Sequence record: PZ445551.1
Origin: a phage
Length of the DNA stretch: 64,000 nt
Reading direction: 5' to 3' (one strand)
The position numbers were made by a program, and so were the translations under genes. The stretch's first letter is position 1. Each line of letters begins with the position of its first letter. A model generated the notes under the pieces. The model ran no database searches and was not told the DNA's origin. It saw nothing but the letters and a program-made list of their open reading frames with translations. Shown in pieces: positions 63,834 through 64,000 of the stretch.

Positions 63834-64000
63834 ATGCAAGAGGTTAAACATTATCCACATGGTCGTAGTTTTGTAGCTGTATGGCATGTTCCTGCTCGTA
63901 ATGAACTATTTTGCGCATCTTTTCATTACAAAGATGGACAATATTTCACCTATGACGAGACGATGGATGATTTCATCCCAGAGTGCGATCATGGGTATAC
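63834..64000 (+). CDS. Hypothetical protein (5' partial, runs off the window)
   Basis: ATG 63834 after SD AAGGAGGAAACT; open to the window end. Confidence 0.5.
   Translation, partial: MQEVKHYPHGRSFVAVWHVPARNELFCASFHYKDGQYFTYDETMDDFIPECDHGY

Noticed and set aside
1-64000. tRNA genes, integrase or attachment sites, and lysogeny regulators
   Set aside because: No T-loop-type GGTTCGAATCC motifs or cloverleaf candidates were seen, and no recombinase-like ORF; the window looks like a virulent phage region.

Overview
This window reads as part of a large virulent tailed dsDNA phage genome, probably infecting an enterobacterial-type host (E. coli-like sigma70 promoters and Fur-box-like sites); no integrase, tRNA or CRISPR array was found. 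Layout: (i) 70-2898 (+), a tail-fibre-like gene; (ii) 2.9-39.9 kb, a long minus-strand block with T7-type replication genes (family A DNA polymerase, primase-helicase, UvrD-like helicase, DNA methyltransferase), anaerobic RNR NrdD/NrdG, four putative glycosyltransferases, a SleB-like cell-wall hydrolase, a tellurite-resistance-like set (TerD, vWA, TelA, TerC) and an adjacent macro/PRTase/HAD trio; (iii) a divergent switch near 39.9 kb; (iv) 39.9-44.4 kb (+), including a paralogous P-loop ATPase, a zinc-ribbon/T5orf172-like protein and a NADAR-like protein; (v) 44.4-45.8 kb, non-coding repeats plus a GC-rich island; (vi) 45.8-55.6 kb, about 25 small plus-strand ORFs, most behind a promoter followed by a GC-rich 5' stem-loop; (vii) 55.6-57.3 kb, an AT-rich repeat region; (viii) 57.3-64 kb, tightly packed plus-strand genes including a four-member Cys/His-rich paralog family. 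All calls rest on reading the sequence and remembered family signatures; no database search was run. The strongest candidates for something new are the Ter-like cluster, the two ADP-ribose-reversal enzymes, and the promoter/stem-loop array.
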